Shown here: positions 1-13,888 of the stretch, piece after piece
Position numbering within the stretch: position 1 is the stretch's first letter
Layout of the letters: each line of letters begins with the position of its first letter
Assembly (NCBI RefSeq): GCF_001194135.2
Contig: NC_068985.1
Coordinates: 3,156,361-3,219,652 of the forward strand
Source of the DNA: Octopus bimaculoides
Taxonomy: Eukaryota
DNA length: 63,292 nucleotides
Direction of reading: 5' to 3'
Program-made: the position numbers and the translations under genes
Notes under the pieces: generated by a model
Seen by the model: only the letters and a program-made list of their open reading frames with translations
Told to the model about the DNA's origin: nothing
Databases searched by the model: none

Positions 1-183
1 TGCTGGTGTGTTTACATCCCTGTAACTTAGCAGTTTGGCAAAAGAGGCCAATAGAATAAGTACTAGGCTTACAAAGAATAAGTCCTGGGGTTGATTTGCT
101 CGACTAAAGGCAGTGCTCCAGCATGGCAGCAGTGAAATGACTGAAACAAGTAAAAGAGTAAAAAAAAAAAAAGAGCAAAAGAG
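1..183 (+). mobile_element. 3' part of tRNA-type SINE, family A (tail ACTGAAACAAGTAAAAGAGT), truncated by the window edge
   Basis: Same body and tail as the copies at 19761-20130, 22675-23126 and 36697-37067 (reverse). Confidence 0.8.
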
Positions 184-519
184 TATATTTACTCATTTCG
201 AACTGAGCTGCTGACAAAGACTGGACACAGCTATCAGTATAACTTCAAAAATACTTGAAAATTTAGAATTAAAAAAAAAATCCATGGAATTTTAATCCAA
301 CAAGGATCCTACCCAACACTTTCTGCTAAAATGCAATCATGCACAATATTCCCCACCAAAGTCAAGTCTCTCATCCTCTATCTCAAATTCATTTCTACTG
401 TACAGGACACACTATATTCCAGAATCACTCTAAAAAACAGTGCTTGTGCTTATACAGAAGCTACTCTAACACCACTCGTACCTTCTATTCTGTTTATTAG
501 CAATAAAGACTTCACTAGT

Positions 520-715
520 TTGACCCTTTAGCATTTAAATAAACCATGTCCGGCCTAAATATTCTACCTGACCTCTCATATCTACCCTACAATGTCATTC
601 TAAAAGCAATCACATCAATGCAGTCAGCTATGAAACAATGGATCATTACTTCAAAACAATGTGGATAAATAAGCATTACATTTGACAGAGGAATCTGAAT
701 GCTAAACAGTTTAAA
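520..715. mobile_element. Degenerate piggyBac-type MITE
   Basis: Ends TTGACCCTTTAGCATT and AATGCTAAACAGTTTAA form an imperfect TIR pair with TTAA-like flanks. Confidence 0.5.
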
Positions 716-939
716 GTCACTTTTTTCTTGAATGATTTCTTGTATTGTTTCAACTGTTCTTCCAACTCCTCATGCCACCAACGAATGTTCAACTACCTTC
801 ATCCTCCATTGAGGATATGTGTCTTACCTTACTATGTCTAAGGTCGTCATTCTTAGTAACTTCCTACACTGAAAGGGCAAATCATCTGCACCAACTGGGA
901 TATTCCTCTATGTCCCTACTGCATTTACACTTCAAAACC

Positions 940-1169
940 TTAATCCTTTCGTTACTACATTTCTGTTGAGAAGCTCTGTGTTTCTTTCAATTAATTTTAC
1001 ATATAACAAAGAATTTAGTAAAATAACTTCGTTATCATTAAGCTAGTGTTGGGAATATAAACTGAGACTAAGGTTTGGTGGAAGATTTTAATTCAGAACT
1101 TTTGAAAACAAGACATTTGTAGTACAGAACCAGAGGGATTTTCAGCCGGGTTGGTAACGAAAGGATTAA
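940..1169. mobile_element. piggyBac-type MITE (222 bp) with TTAA target-site duplication
   Basis: TTAA (940-943), TCCTTTCGTTAC (944-955) ... GTAACGAAAGGA (1154-1165), TTAA (1166-1169): a perfect 12-bp TIR. Confidence 0.8.
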
Positions 1170-2123
1170 ACTACCAGCTATATTGCCCCCACAACAGATT
1201 ATTTGAACACTTCCTATTCAACCAAAATATTAAGAATTGTCTTTAGATTGAACAATGAATCAAATTCTGTAGTGGCTCTGATAATCAATGAAAATGAACT
1301 TAAAAAACAATTTGCTTAACCAACAACAACAATAAATCAGATCACATGCAGTTATAGAATTTTCAACACTAAAAAGTGGGGCTGCGACTAAACATGAGAT
1401 AAATTCAACACTGAATTCAACAAGGAAATAAAAAAAAGATAAATTCACTGAATGAAATATTCACAACAGATCGTTAACTTTGGATGCAGGATGCAGAAAG
1501 AAGTATATCATCTTTGAACACAACTTACAGAATTCTAGATACTTAACTAAGGTATTTGTGGAAAATGTACACTTACTAAAGGCTTAAAATACACTCTAAT
1601 TATCTAAAGTGTTTTCATGAGTAGAGACTCAAATTTATCTAATGGCACAAGAACTTCAGTTTGTAGATTACAAAAAGTTGAGGTTTAAGTCTCAATATAA
1701 TAGGCAAGCATAAAAGAGATGCCAGCTTTGGTAATATTAACGCATGCAGAACTAACTAATATTCTCAGAGAATCATTTACCAGCAAGCTCATCAATGAGC
1801 AACATTTGGTTGAAATCAGTTAACCAAACACAGCTATTGTTCCCAATATTACAATTCCCATCAAATGTTTCTATAGGTAGCATACATGAAGTGGTTGAGT
1901 AGAATTTAATATAAATAGATCAAAAGGTATTCTATACAATTTGTGTGTCAAGGAAATTGTTCCAGAATAACAATTGCGAACAATCCAAGAAAGATTTAGC
2001 ACTGAATCCATCAAATTCATTTGAAGTTACAGTGAGAAATATAAATTGCTCCCCTTGGAAACCTTGAAGAATAGGTACGTTAAACGCAAGAGGCTAATTC
2101 ATGCATGCATGCACACCAACAGG

Positions 2124-2136
2124 TATATATACATAC

Positions 2137-2229
<93 letters not shown>
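2124..2229. repeat. Compound microsatellite (TACA)n-(AT)n-(CA)n
   Basis: Directly visible. Confidence 0.95.
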
Positions 2230-2924
2230 TTATCTCACATAAAACATCAACATATATGAGCATATAATGAACACTCACACACATGTACACACAATTTTGA
2301 ATGCACACAAAACTTTGCATGTTGACATGCAACTGTGTGCACTTGTGTGCATGCATATGCATATTAGAGGGCAAAAAAAATGAAATTCAGCTCAGTTTCA
2401 GCTAGATCAGTTTAATGAATCTAAGCTAGCTCAATGTGTAAACTTCTAAAAATTTTGTGTGAGCATGGTTGGTCTGTATCCAGTAGATTTGCTTTCAATC
2501 ATTCATCCCCTTCAATATCATCATCCCCGTCATCCTCCTCATTAATTCAATGTCCACTTCTCCATGCTGGCACATGCTGAGCATGGCTTTACACCCAGAT
2601 GACCTTCTCGATGCCAGCTCTTAATTGTCTTTATGGCAAGCAGGAAAAACAATGTACCTCTTTTAAAAACCAGGGTATACATGGCACACAATTTATTCAA
2701 ATGCACAACAAAAATCAACATGCACACACATGCTATTAAGGAACTTTCTAGGTTGTCAGTCAGCTCTCAAAAGATAGCAGCCAAATTCCTCTCATATCAT
2801 GTCCACTCTCATGCAAAAGGGGAAGGTACACTGGATAATGTAGTTGAATATACCTTTTAAACAATCAGATGGTCCTGGCTAAAACACCATCAATTAGTCA
2901 GAGCTGACCTAGTGTTAAACAACA

Positions 2925-3180
2925 ACAATGGACTTCACACACACAACACAACAGACATATCCACAACACAGTACAAACAACACAACACAATGCACAGCAC
3001 AATACACAGCACAACGACACAACACATGACTCAAAGCAAACAACGTGTATAGCACAACATACCTTGAATATAGCCTAACAAATATACAGTACAAGACAAA
3101 CATCACACATGCAGAATACAGAACATGAACACGCATACACACAAAACACAGTAAAACAAAACAGAATCGAATCATAAGAC
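2925..3180. repeat. CA-rich low-complexity tract
   Basis: Degenerate ACAAC/ACACA repeats. Confidence 0.8.
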
Positions 3181-3774
3181 AGGGTCACACATATAGACAG
3201 AGTCAGGTGTATAATTACATGAACATTAAGTTAGTGAAAAGTAACCAAACAGAAGTAAAATCTAGATTTGTGTAGTAAGCACAGTAAATGTCTAGAGGGA
3301 ACATTACAAATCCAGACATATTCAAGAGAAGACACTGAATTAATATACTTCAGCATTTTATAACACGGCCATACAGATGAGTGAATGAACTACAAGAATA
3401 TGTATGAGAAAATAATGAAGACCTTTCCTTTCATACACTATACACAGAAACACATGAATTTAGAAATATATATATATAAATAATTATATGTGTATATGTA
3501 AAGATATATGATAATGTAGGAGAGAGAAGGAAATTAATACACAAATGAAGAGACAAATGGCTGCTGGCTGAAGTATGCAAATGATTTGGAGAAAGAGAAA
3601 TAATATAAAGTCAAACTATTGGAGAGGATAATAAAAGAGAGAGAATCATACACGTAATAGATTAATGTGTGCTTGCACATGCGTATGAGGTAGAAATGCC
3701 TATGTGGGGGGTGAGGTGAGGATAAATACTGCTTTGAGCACATAGAATATGTAAAAATATAGTCTCACAGATAT

Positions 3775-4110
3775 TGAGAGAGAGAGAGAGGAGGGAGAGG
3801 GAAGAGTAAATGAGACTCACAGATAGAGTAAGAGTGGAGCATGTTGTATAGAGAAATGAATGAATAAAAGAGAGAGAGGGAAGACAGTGACAGACAGACA
3901 GACAGATGAATGGAAAGAGAAAGAGAAAGCAACAGATATAGAAAGAGAAATAGATAGAGAGATGGGGAGAGGAATGGACATAGAGACAGGAGAGCCAGAC
4001 AGACAGACAGACAAGCAGATGGAAAGAGAGATGAGCGAGAGAGAGAGAAGCAGAAAGGCACATAAACAGATCTACTTAATAGAGAGATTATAGAAATAAG
4101 ATATATAAAT
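3775..4110. repeat. GA-rich low-complexity tract (GA/GACA repeats)
   Basis: Directly visible; it explains the spurious L/S-rich ORFs here. Confidence 0.85.
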
Positions 4111-5109
4111 AAAAACACACATACCCATAGACATGTATGTATGACTGTAAGTATGAAGTATGTGTACATATGAACAGTAATGTATATAGATACCTTTATA
4201 TACACAAGAACTTAATCTCCAAAGTTAAAAGTAATCCCTTCTCTTTTCCCTCATTCGTTTGGCAAAATTAAAGACAAGGAAATTTAACAGTTAAAATTAA
4301 AATAAGCAACTCATTTGTGATTCAATGACAGAAATTAATATTGCCGGTTTACCATTAGACACATATGATTAATGTATAGCTACTTAAATATCAGTTATAT
4401 GTTAAATATGACATATGAGGTGAGTAAAATGCTACCAACTGTGAGATAGGTATATATACAAAAGTGATAAGATGGTCTGCAATTTAAACAGCATTGTGAA
4501 TGCCCACCACTAAGTGAGTCGATATGAAAGCGGACTGAAAATAAAGTAGTTAAGGTAGAAAATTAACCAGAGCAAAATGTCTTTCCAAGGCAGGATATAA
4601 AATTGAAAATATCCTCACTGAAATGCACAGAGTTATATGACTAACTGCAGTTTTATAAGAACATGGAGTCATAAACAAAACTAGATTGAAATACAAGAGT
4701 AAAACATCATTTAATAAAAAGGAATAACATTGAAATTATGATACATGATCAATGTTTAATTGTTTTGAGACCATTACTGAGCTTTGTATATACTAGATCT
4801 CATTCTCCAGCAGCTAACTTGAGGACCATTCACACAAAACAAACTCAATAACCCATGTTCAAAAAGCTAACCAACCACACCTAAAATCTGGATGAATGTG
4901 CAATGGCTAACATGGTCAGATATGAATATACTATACTAGAAGGCAATGATTCTGAGTTCTTATCCTCCCACAGACAAATTTTGTAATCATCTGTAAAGAT
5001 GTCTTTTAGTGTATTAGCCACAGTGAACACTATTCCACATGTGGTATTTTATGTCAATGTAAATCTTTAATGTATTATCATAAGGTCACTTGAGTTTTAG
5101 ACTCCCGGG

Positions 5110-5340
5110 TGACATACTGAAGACTCAGTCTGCTCTTCCGGCTCTCTGTCACTTCCAATGATGAGTGTTCCAGTTAAAATGATCGACCAAACAGCCTGCT
5201 TGTGAAGTTAATGTGCAAGTAGCTGAGTACTCCACAGTCATGCGTACCCTTAATGTAGTATTCAGGGAGATTTGGTATGACACAGAGTGTGACAAGGCTG
5301 GCCCCTTGTGAATCACAAGTACAACTCATTTTCACTACAG
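5110..5340 (-). mobile_element. SINE family B fragment
   Basis: Reverse complement matches 16960-17150 (GAGTGCTCAGCCATTTGCACATTAACTTCAC...). Confidence 0.7.
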
Positions 5341-6721
5341 CTGACTAAATTCTTTCTCAGTTGAGTTTAGGACTTTTAGTCTGGTTTTATCTGTAATTTA
5401 ATATACTTTTATCAATATTTCTTCCTAATTCCTATTCTTTTCTCCTGACCCTCATAATGTTCAGCCATTGTGCTGTTTGTGTTCAAATAAGTAACAAAAA
5501 TATTATCTTACTTGGAAACAGGTAATGGTTGGTAACAGAAGAGGGATCTAACCAGAGAATGTCTACCTGAATGAATTTTATCCAATGCATCCAAGAATAG
5601 AAAAGTTGATGTTACAATGAAAATGATCTATATCTTTACATACAGTAGTGAAGAAGTTTACACTGAAATTGTTACAATGGAACAAAGCAGTGCAGGGAAA
5701 CAAAAACAATTTCTGTAACTAGGGACAATGTCCTGCAGCAGGTAAAGATACAACCAAATTGTGTTTGCCAAAAGAAATCAAGCAGGATTATATTGTTAGA
5801 TGAAGAGAGACAGATTTGCTAAATACTGAAGGTAACTTCATCTCAATACACACATGAATTTATTCAAACACACACAAAGATTTATTAAACATTATCTGAA
5901 GAAACAAAACGCTAATTGTACAATTTGTTGAATTAATTTTAAAATGTGATGAAAAAAGTCAATAAGAGAATAAGATATGAGAATACGATGAAGTGAAGAT
6001 ATTGGAGAGTGAGTCATACATCATGGGTTCAAATGACTTTTTTTCAGTATTTCGTTTTGTTGTCTTTTTTGTTGTTGTTTTTTTGCCAGGATATGTAGTT
6101 TAACATTATCTTATCACACTAAACACCACTCTAAGGATCTTACTGATTCATAGAAGGATTAACTTTTAAAATAAACGCACAAAGTACTAAGTGTATATGT
6201 ACAACTGAATGATTGACTCTTTAGTAAAGAAAATCTGTTTTTCTCCCCTTAACAGAATTGCAAAACAAAAAACAAAAAAACCACTGACATCATTCACTGG
6301 CAATTTCTACATAAACATCTACATCAATATAACTCATCTAACACAAAAAAAAAAGAAATGAATTAAAAGAAGTCAAGGATAAATAGAGAAAACTAGATAC
6401 TATACGATGTCAGCTAACTCTGTAATAAACAAGAAGCCCTAGAGATAAATGCCTCATCAATCTATTCATTTAAAAGGAGAATGCTTCCTTAAATAAATCT
6501 GTTCTTCAAATTGCAAGTTCTTGTGGAAAGCTGAAATGGTGAAACCTTAGAAAATTTATGAGAAGCAAGATTTTGTATGAGAGATATACCATGTTCAAAT
6601 CTGGCAGCAAATGAAAGTAACATCTTTTTCCATTTCTCAGAGATACCAAGGTGCACCAGTCTCAGCTAAATAAATGATTACAATAGCTTTATGCTTTTAG
6701 TATTGTTATTGTTGTTAGGGG

Positions 6722-6935
6722 AGGGGTGGATTGGCACAATTGTTAGATTGTTGAAAAAATACCTCGTGCTATTTGTTCCAGCTCTTTACATTCTAAGTTC
6801 AAGCCCTACCAAGGTCAATTTTGCCTTTCATCTCCCTGAGGCCAATAAATTCAAATAGTGGTTAAGAAGTGGGATTTATGTAATCAACAAAACCCCTCTA
6901 CCTAAAATTGCTGGCCTTGTGCCAAAATACAAAAT
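6722..6935 (+). mobile_element. CORE-like tRNA-derived SINE
   Basis: Contains CTAAGTTCAAG...TTTTGCCTTTCATC; related reverse copies at 55031-55250 and about 58165-58345. Confidence 0.65.
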
Positions 6936-9035
6936 TATCATCATCATCATCATTATTATTATTATTATTATCATTACCATCATTGAGTGAGACAGCAGCA
7001 CATGCTATCAAAATGATACTGAGATAAAATATACAAAGCCCAATATACCCATGATGACTACCCACCTGATAAGGGTACACCAGGCAGATGCATTATAACC
7101 ATATGTGCATGACATGGTGACCACATATCAAGACAAACAGCACATGAACTTGCAGGTGGGGTCAAGTTAGAATTTTTTTTCAAACTGAGTAGCCCATTGT
7201 GCTCAAAAGGTGTGACGCATTATGTCAGAAAATGGGAAATTTTGAAGAAAACATCGAAGCCATTGCTATCAGCAGCAACAACAAATTTCAAGACAAACAG
7301 AAAATGAAAACTTTTAACAATGGAGCCACCACCACCACAACCAACAACACATCATACATCGAAATTATTCAACAAAGATGGATGGAATATTCTTTTGACT
7401 GTGATTTGGGGAAAGATTTCAGAAAATGTGTGGGAGGTGCTACCATTGAGCAAATTTATAAGAAGGTGGGTTGAAAGTGGGAAAAATAACAAGAGTGGAT
7501 GGCACCGCTCTAAGTACAGAACCATGAATTGGTAAACTGAAACTGGAGAAGGCAGTTACCCTTGGTATTCAGGAAGATCTTGGATGGTGGGATTCCTCAA
7601 TTGTCCCTAGAGTTCCTCCTGTATCAGGAGGACCACAGCACTATCACCCTTTACTTTCCTTTTACTGATGTATATTATGCATATTTCCTTTCTTTCCATG
7701 TATACCTTCTACTGGACTGAGTGTAATTGACTAATCGCTCCCCAAATATATTAGACCTTGTGCCTGTAGCAAGCTTCTGTACAATTTTCATCTACAAATT
7801 GCACTGACCACATTCAGATGGAGCTTTTTACATACCACTGGCATGACAGCCAGTCAGGCAGCAGATATTTGTTTATGTCCTGTAATCTAGTAGTTGGACA
7901 AATAGAGTTCAATAAAATAAGTATCAGAGTTTAAAAAGTTACTACTGAGCTAATTATGGTGTTGTAAACTTGTGAAGGTGGTGCTACAGCATGGCCATAG
8001 TCCAATAACAGGAATTATTAAAACAGTAGGCATGTACACCACACAACGTACACAAATATGTGGTTGGATGTCTGCATAAATGAATGTATAAGACCTTTCC
8101 ACTCATATTCACAAATTAATCAGGAGTATTGATGAGTTCAGACAAAATTGAATGTTTTAAAACTGACTCCTTGAAATACTGAAGTATTAGATTTGTAGAA
8201 TTAGAATTCCTGTTGACAGGCTAACAAAGTACTTGACTTTATGATGAAGGTAAAATAGAAATTGATAAAATGATAAAATATAAAATTTGTTAATGTATAT
8301 TTAATTTTAAGGGGAAAAACATAATAAAAATGTAAAAAATATATGAAACAGATTTATCTAAAGTTTAGTAAATGGGAATGGAAAAATATTAATAAAAGTT
8401 TTTTTTTAAAAATGTCAAGCCCAAAAGATGTCAATTGTTTCCTTTTCAAAGATGGAAATGTAAAGTTTTTGATATAGTGACAAATACTAAATTTGAATGG
8501 CTCTTGTAATGTTGATGTTGCAATTTGGAACCAAAACCAATTTAACTAAAAGTTGAAAACTATGAATATACCCAAAATAAAATTAATTAAAAAGTTTATT
8601 GCCTAGTTTGGAGAAAGCTGTTGCTTTTAACAAAATTATCAAGAAATAAACATGGAACCCCAAAAAATTCTTATTATATAATGAATCAAATATATAAAAC
8701 GAAAGACAAAATATCATTACATAAACTTATTTTGTTTGAATCCTAAGAATTTCAGCCAAATATCAGAATGTTACAAGAATAATGGTAATATTTTCAAGTA
8801 GATGTCATCCTAATAGCATACACACTCAGTATTAAGCAATGTCATGCCTAAGTTTATAAAAAAACAGGTTGGCAAAAGATTTTTTTTCTTTTGTCTGTTT
8901 CTGTTAAAGTCATGCCCATCAAGCAGTGAGTAAGACAACAGACTTCAAGGAATACTTTGTTGTGAGATTCAAAAGAAAAAAAGAGGAAAAAATCTAATGA
9001 GAAACTACCCTAAAAATCATAAAACACTATGTTTA

Positions 9036-9561
9036 CAGTGGTTCTCAACTCGGGGGGTCCATATAAGGTTTTGCGGTTAAAATTGATGTGCAACAAATCA
9101 GTTATATTTATACAATACACAAAATAGTTTAACAATTCCTAATAATATTTAATTATAAAAATATTATAGGATTGTGATCCTGTCAGTATAGGTGCCACAT
9201 AAAAAGCATCCAGTCCACACTGTAAAGCGGTTGGTGTTAGGAAGGGCATCCAGTTGTAAAAACCTTGACCAAATTGACCTCGCCTGTGCTTGTGCCACAT
9301 AAAAAGCGCTAAGTCCACTCTACTGAGTGGTTGGTGTTAGGAAGAGCATCCAGCTGTAAAAATCCTGCTAAAACAGTCACAGAAGTCTGGTGCAGACTTC
9401 TACCTAGCAGGCTCTTGTGAAACTGTCGCACCTATGCTAGCATGAAAGGCAGACATTAAATGATGATGATGATTTTTTAAATGTCAAATGACTGTGAGGG
9501 TCCACCCAAGTAAAATAAGAATCAAAGGGACCCATAGGCAAAAAATGGTTGAGAACAACTG
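9036..9561. mobile_element. hAT (Charlie-like) MITE interrupted by a SINE
   Basis: TIRs CAGTGGTTCTCAAC and GTTGAGAACAACTG (13/14 match). Only GTTTA is shared by the flanks, so no full 8-bp TSD. Confidence 0.7.
9180..9474 (+). mobile_element. SINE family C (GGTGCCACATAAAAAGCAC core, (GAT)n tail) nested in the hAT MITE
   Basis: Shared family body, ending GACATTAAATGATGATGATG. Confidence 0.8.
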
Positions 9562-10689
9562 GTTTAAAAGAATTAATATCAGAGAAGGGGGAAAAGAAAG
9601 AGTTTTACAAGACGGATGTTTGGTGGGGGTGGGGTTGGACACTAGCAGAGTAGAAACTCTTGTTACAAGAGAGGAGAACAGCAGTGACAGAATGAGTACC
9701 AGCAGAAAAAGGGGTCACTTGAATTATAAATCTGCAGAGAAGAAACAAGAGAAGAAAGTTTGGGAGAAGAACAAACACAAAAGTATTTATATGAGAAAGA
9801 GACAAAGAAGTAATCTCCCAGAAAGTGGGTGAGAAGGGTTGAAGGGTTGAACTGCCAAAACAACCAATAATGAGAACTTAAAGAGAAAAGGAGCACCGGC
9901 AGAGGCACCAATCCAAAGGAGATAACAATATTCCATAGAACAGTAAATCAGAGACTTACAAAGATGAAGAATACATTCAGAATATAGATAGCAGGAAGCT
10001 CAATGTAGAGAACCCACTTTCACTGCGACTACTTTATTAATAGATTTAATATAACCATCCAAGTAAGATCCTTGTAAAAGACAAAGGCTAGAAGACTAAG
10101 GAAGAATAGTATCTGACATGGAAGTATCATGAGAGCTTCTGTAATGACCACTTTTAGCATAGTTGAAAGTAATCAGAACAAAACCTAAGCATCACAATCA
10201 GGCACTGAACACAGGACAAGCCCAAAGCAGCATCATGGTTCAAGTCATAAACATACAGCAATCTTGGTTCCATTTCAACTTTATAAGCAATGCTCTCTAG
10301 TATCGATGGAAAATGACCAAATGGAACGGGTGTTACATAATTTTTAAGATTTATTAGTAGATCTTTCAGAAAATGATAAATCCTTGTTGTTTAGCCCCAC
10401 ATAAACTCTAATCCAGCAGATTTATTATCAAAGGCATTCAAGCCATGAGTGTCACAATTGTTTCAGACAGCAAATCAAGGACTTCATTATCTGGTATTTT
10501 CTTTTTCTTTAAAACAGTAAAGTGTGACACAAATTTATTTGGCTGCTATTTCTAGTAACTACATAGAAGCTCCTATTACCTATATTAGGTAGGAATCCTA
10601 TCTTAGGGAAAATTAATATCTGATCTAAAGTGAATCTATGGCTAATCATCAGCTTTATAAACTTTTCAGTTCTGTGTGAAATCAATATT

Positions 10690-11215
10690 TTCTCTTTATA
10701 TAGCCACTCTCATGAATGAAATTTTGATTGGTATATTATTGGTGGATTATTGCTCCTAGCAATAGTGACGAACTCAACTACTGAACTGGAAGCAATCCAA
10801 CAGTCCTACACAAAGAAGATTGCCTTAATACAATAGCTGAACAACCGGGAGAAGTTGAAAGCTTTAAGACAACTCCCTGGAGTGAAGAAATGCAAGATAT
10901 GCAGTAAATTATAACTGGAAGCTATTGAAGGAACTAACACGAAACTTTGGCATCAAAAGCTATGCTAATCTCAAACTGGGTACCATAGCATAATGCCAAA
11001 AGTTTCACTCCCTCTTTCTGTCCCAAGTTAAGACTAGAGACTACAAAAGCTTGGGATTTAAAAAATCACAACTCATTAATATTCTCCTTTAAAACAAGGG
11101 AATTTCAATACTAGATATTTTATTGTGTAAAATTCCAAATGGCATTACATCACAGCAAGAGACAAATTGGCATCAGCATCAGATTCCCTTGTTCACCAAA
11201 TTCCAAACACCAAAG
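10690..11215 (+). pseudogene. Decayed CR1/L2-clade LINE 3' fragment (RT C-terminus)
   Basis: Frameshifted translation gives ELEAIQQSYTKKIA..., TRDYKSLGFK and AASDSLVHQI, typical of CR1/L2 3' ends. Confidence 0.55.
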
Positions 11216-11814
11216 AATGGATACATCAGTATTCATGGCAGTGCCCTGGCATAACCACAGTTAGCAAAGTGGAATGAGGAAAAGAATATATTAATCTAAC
11301 TTTATTCACATGTAAATAAACGTATCCAATTTTTTCTACAAAGAGAAGGGTCAAAAATCAAGGCTTTCACAATTCACTAGATTGTCTTGTGTTCTCTGAA
11401 TTACACATCAAAGCATTATAATCCTGACAGCAAGACCAGATATGTTTAAATACACACTTAACATTATGTCATGTGGAAAGTCTAACACATTCTTAGTTGA
11501 TGTTGTGACTAACTTTGGAAAATAGGCCTAACAGAATAAAATAACACAACAGGATGGAAATATGGACCATAAAGTCTGTTCAGGCACTGGTAACAGAGAA
11601 AAGCAAATAATGATAATTAAGATGATATCAGGGATAATTTTTCTGGGAGCCTTCTGCAGAACAGCTAGCATATCACCATTATTCATTGAGTGATGATCAA
11701 CCTCACCAAAAAAAAAAACAAAAGCAGTTGGGTTCATTGTGCAGGATGTAAGTGACAAACACTGAGGAGAAACAATAGATGAAAATGTATGCATGTGGGT
11801 TAGTGAATTTGTAC

Positions 11815-12125
11815 TGCTCTTTCAGTGAGTATGGTGCCACATAAAAAGCACTGATGCGAAAAAGAACTGGTGCTGGTGCCACATAAAAAGCACTGTTGAT
11901 AGTACCACATATAAAGGCAATGGTGATGATTCCATGTGAAAAGCACTAGTGATAGTACCATGGAAAAAGTACCCAGTACACTCTGTAAAATGGTTGGCAT
12001 CAAGAAGCTGTAGAAACTATGCCAAAACAGACTATGGAACCAGGTGCAGCTCCTGCCCTTGCCAGTTCCTGTCAAACCATCCAACCCATGCAAACATGGA
12101 AAATGGATGTTCAAAACATAATTGA
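11815..12125 (+). mobile_element. SINE family C with expanded internal repeat
   Basis: Several GGTGCCACATAAAAAGCAC-type units, then the family 3' body. Confidence 0.8.
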
Positions 12126-12883
12126 CGATGATCCCAGAAAATTAATGAGGACCATTAACAAAGAACTTCAGGCACTGGAGTGGACTCCCAGAACTGTGGT
12201 GCACAAAGACAGGTTAGATGTACTGAAGAGAGGCCAATTCTTGTCTGCAAAGACAAGAAATCCATTTGATCCATACCAGACACTTAGCTAGCAAGCTTAA
12301 GACCCCTCATGAACATTGCTCTGGTTCTTCTCTGACAAGAACAACTTTGACAAAGACCAAAAGTCTAACATGAGAAATGACAGATGGTTAAGTGTGCATC
12401 CTTCAGATGTGGAGTCATAAAAATCATGTTAAGCCACCTCCCACATGTGCTTCAACAAGCCACAACACCTGCTCACAAAGCCCATGTCAGCTAAGAATGG
12501 ATGTCAAACAAACTTTATGACTTTTGTAACACTACATTTGCAGCCTCAAAACTAGATTTAAATCCCATGGATTATTTCGTTTGAGACGTTGTTGAAATGG
12601 AGACTAAGTGGCATCTTCACAGTCCTATAGCTTCACTAAAGACAACCATTGTCCAGGTTATGTCGGAAATTAATAAGGACCATTTAGTACAGGCTTGTCA
12701 ATGATTTCACGCCTGCATTGAAACAATCGTCACAGCTGAACATGAATCCATAGAATAATCTTATAACAAAGTTTATAGAGAACATGTGAACAAATTTTTA
12801 TTCAAATGCATTTCATTTTTGCTACATTAGAGCTGTTTTAGTAAATTACTGAATATGTCCTCAAATACCTCCTGTACCCTGTA
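12115..12883 (+). mobile_element. Tc1/mariner (maT/DD37D-like) transposase remnant, 5'-truncated
   Basis: Translation fragments IIDDDPRKLMRTI, WFFSDKNNFDKDQKSNMRNDRWL and DLNPMDYFV. The right end GTACCCTG is followed by TA. Confidence 0.8.
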
Positions 12884-12903
12884 AATACACACACACACAC
12901 ACG

Positions 12904-13364
12904 TGTTGTGTTTGGGGAGAGTCATTATGCCAATATTAACACACATACACTGATTGTTAGCTAATTAAGTAGGTAGGTAGGGAGGGAGGTAGGTAAATAA
13001 GTAGGTAGGTAAATGGGTAATACAGACATGCACACATAACAACATACACACAAGGACAGAAACACACAACCATACACAGATATACACACACGCATGCACA
13101 CACCACATTCTACACACATACAAGCAACAAGGTTTCAGATAGACTCCGTAACAGACTAAGTCACTGAAAAGTTTGCAAATGGCAATGAAAGAACTTTGAT
13201 GAATAAAAAGCAAAATGAATGACTAACGTTTAACCAACAAATTAAACTAACGATCAGTTAGTTAGTTGCATAGATATTTAACCAACAGACTAATAATAAA
13301 GGAGTGAAACTGAAGCAGAGCATGTGTTATTAATATTGGCATAATGACTCTCCCTAGATACAGC
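12904..13364. mobile_element. Foldback-type MITE with microsatellite core
   Basis: Arms TGTTGTGTTTGGGGAGAGTCATTATGCCAATATTAA and TTAATATTGGCATAATGACTCTCCCTAGATACAGCA. Confidence 0.65.
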
Positions 13365-13888
13365 AAAATTTGTTTCAACACATGAATTCACATAAAGAAT
13401 CTTGCAAACCAAATACAAAAATGAAGTGTGTGTGTGTGCACACACACACACACACAAAATTTATCATCATCATCATCAAATGAACACCTACTTTCCTACG
13501 TTTGCAAAGTCAGATAAAATTTGCTGGCACAGGTTTTCTATTGCCAGATACTTTTCTTGCCACCAGTCCTTATGCGTTTCCAAGCAAAGTAATAATGACA
13601 TACTTGCACGGAAAGACTGCAGATAAATTAGAACACTTTAATGACTCAGCTATTTATTTGCAGTTAGGAAAACAAGGTGGGGGATACACACACACACACA
13701 CACACATACCCATGACAGACCCCTACAGTTCCCACTACCAAAATTCACTCTCAAGGCTTTGGTTGACATAGAGCTGCAGAAGGCACTTGCCCATGGTGTC
13801 GTGCTGGGCCTCAGCCTGAAACACACTTAGACACATAAACATATATGTACAAATTTGCAGATGTGGATGAATATAAGTAAATATTTAC

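Noticed and set aside
1781-1870. 90-nt minus-strand phase 1-1 exon candidate (TFDGNCNIGNNSCVWLTDFNQMLLIDELA)
   Set aside because: No similarity to the next MASTL exon, incompatible phase, and no recognisable family.
2046-4205. Many 70-146-aa ORFs rich in YI, HT, CV and LS
   Set aside because: Translations of AT, CA and GA microsatellites; the same applies to 21421-21939, 27116-28158, 50512-52424 and 61587-62080.
9488-9832. 114-aa K/R-rich ORF
   Set aside because: Starts inside the hAT MITE end and runs through purine-rich low-complexity DNA.
12019-12291. 90-aa ORF
   Set aside because: A chance fusion of the SINE tail and the mariner remnant.
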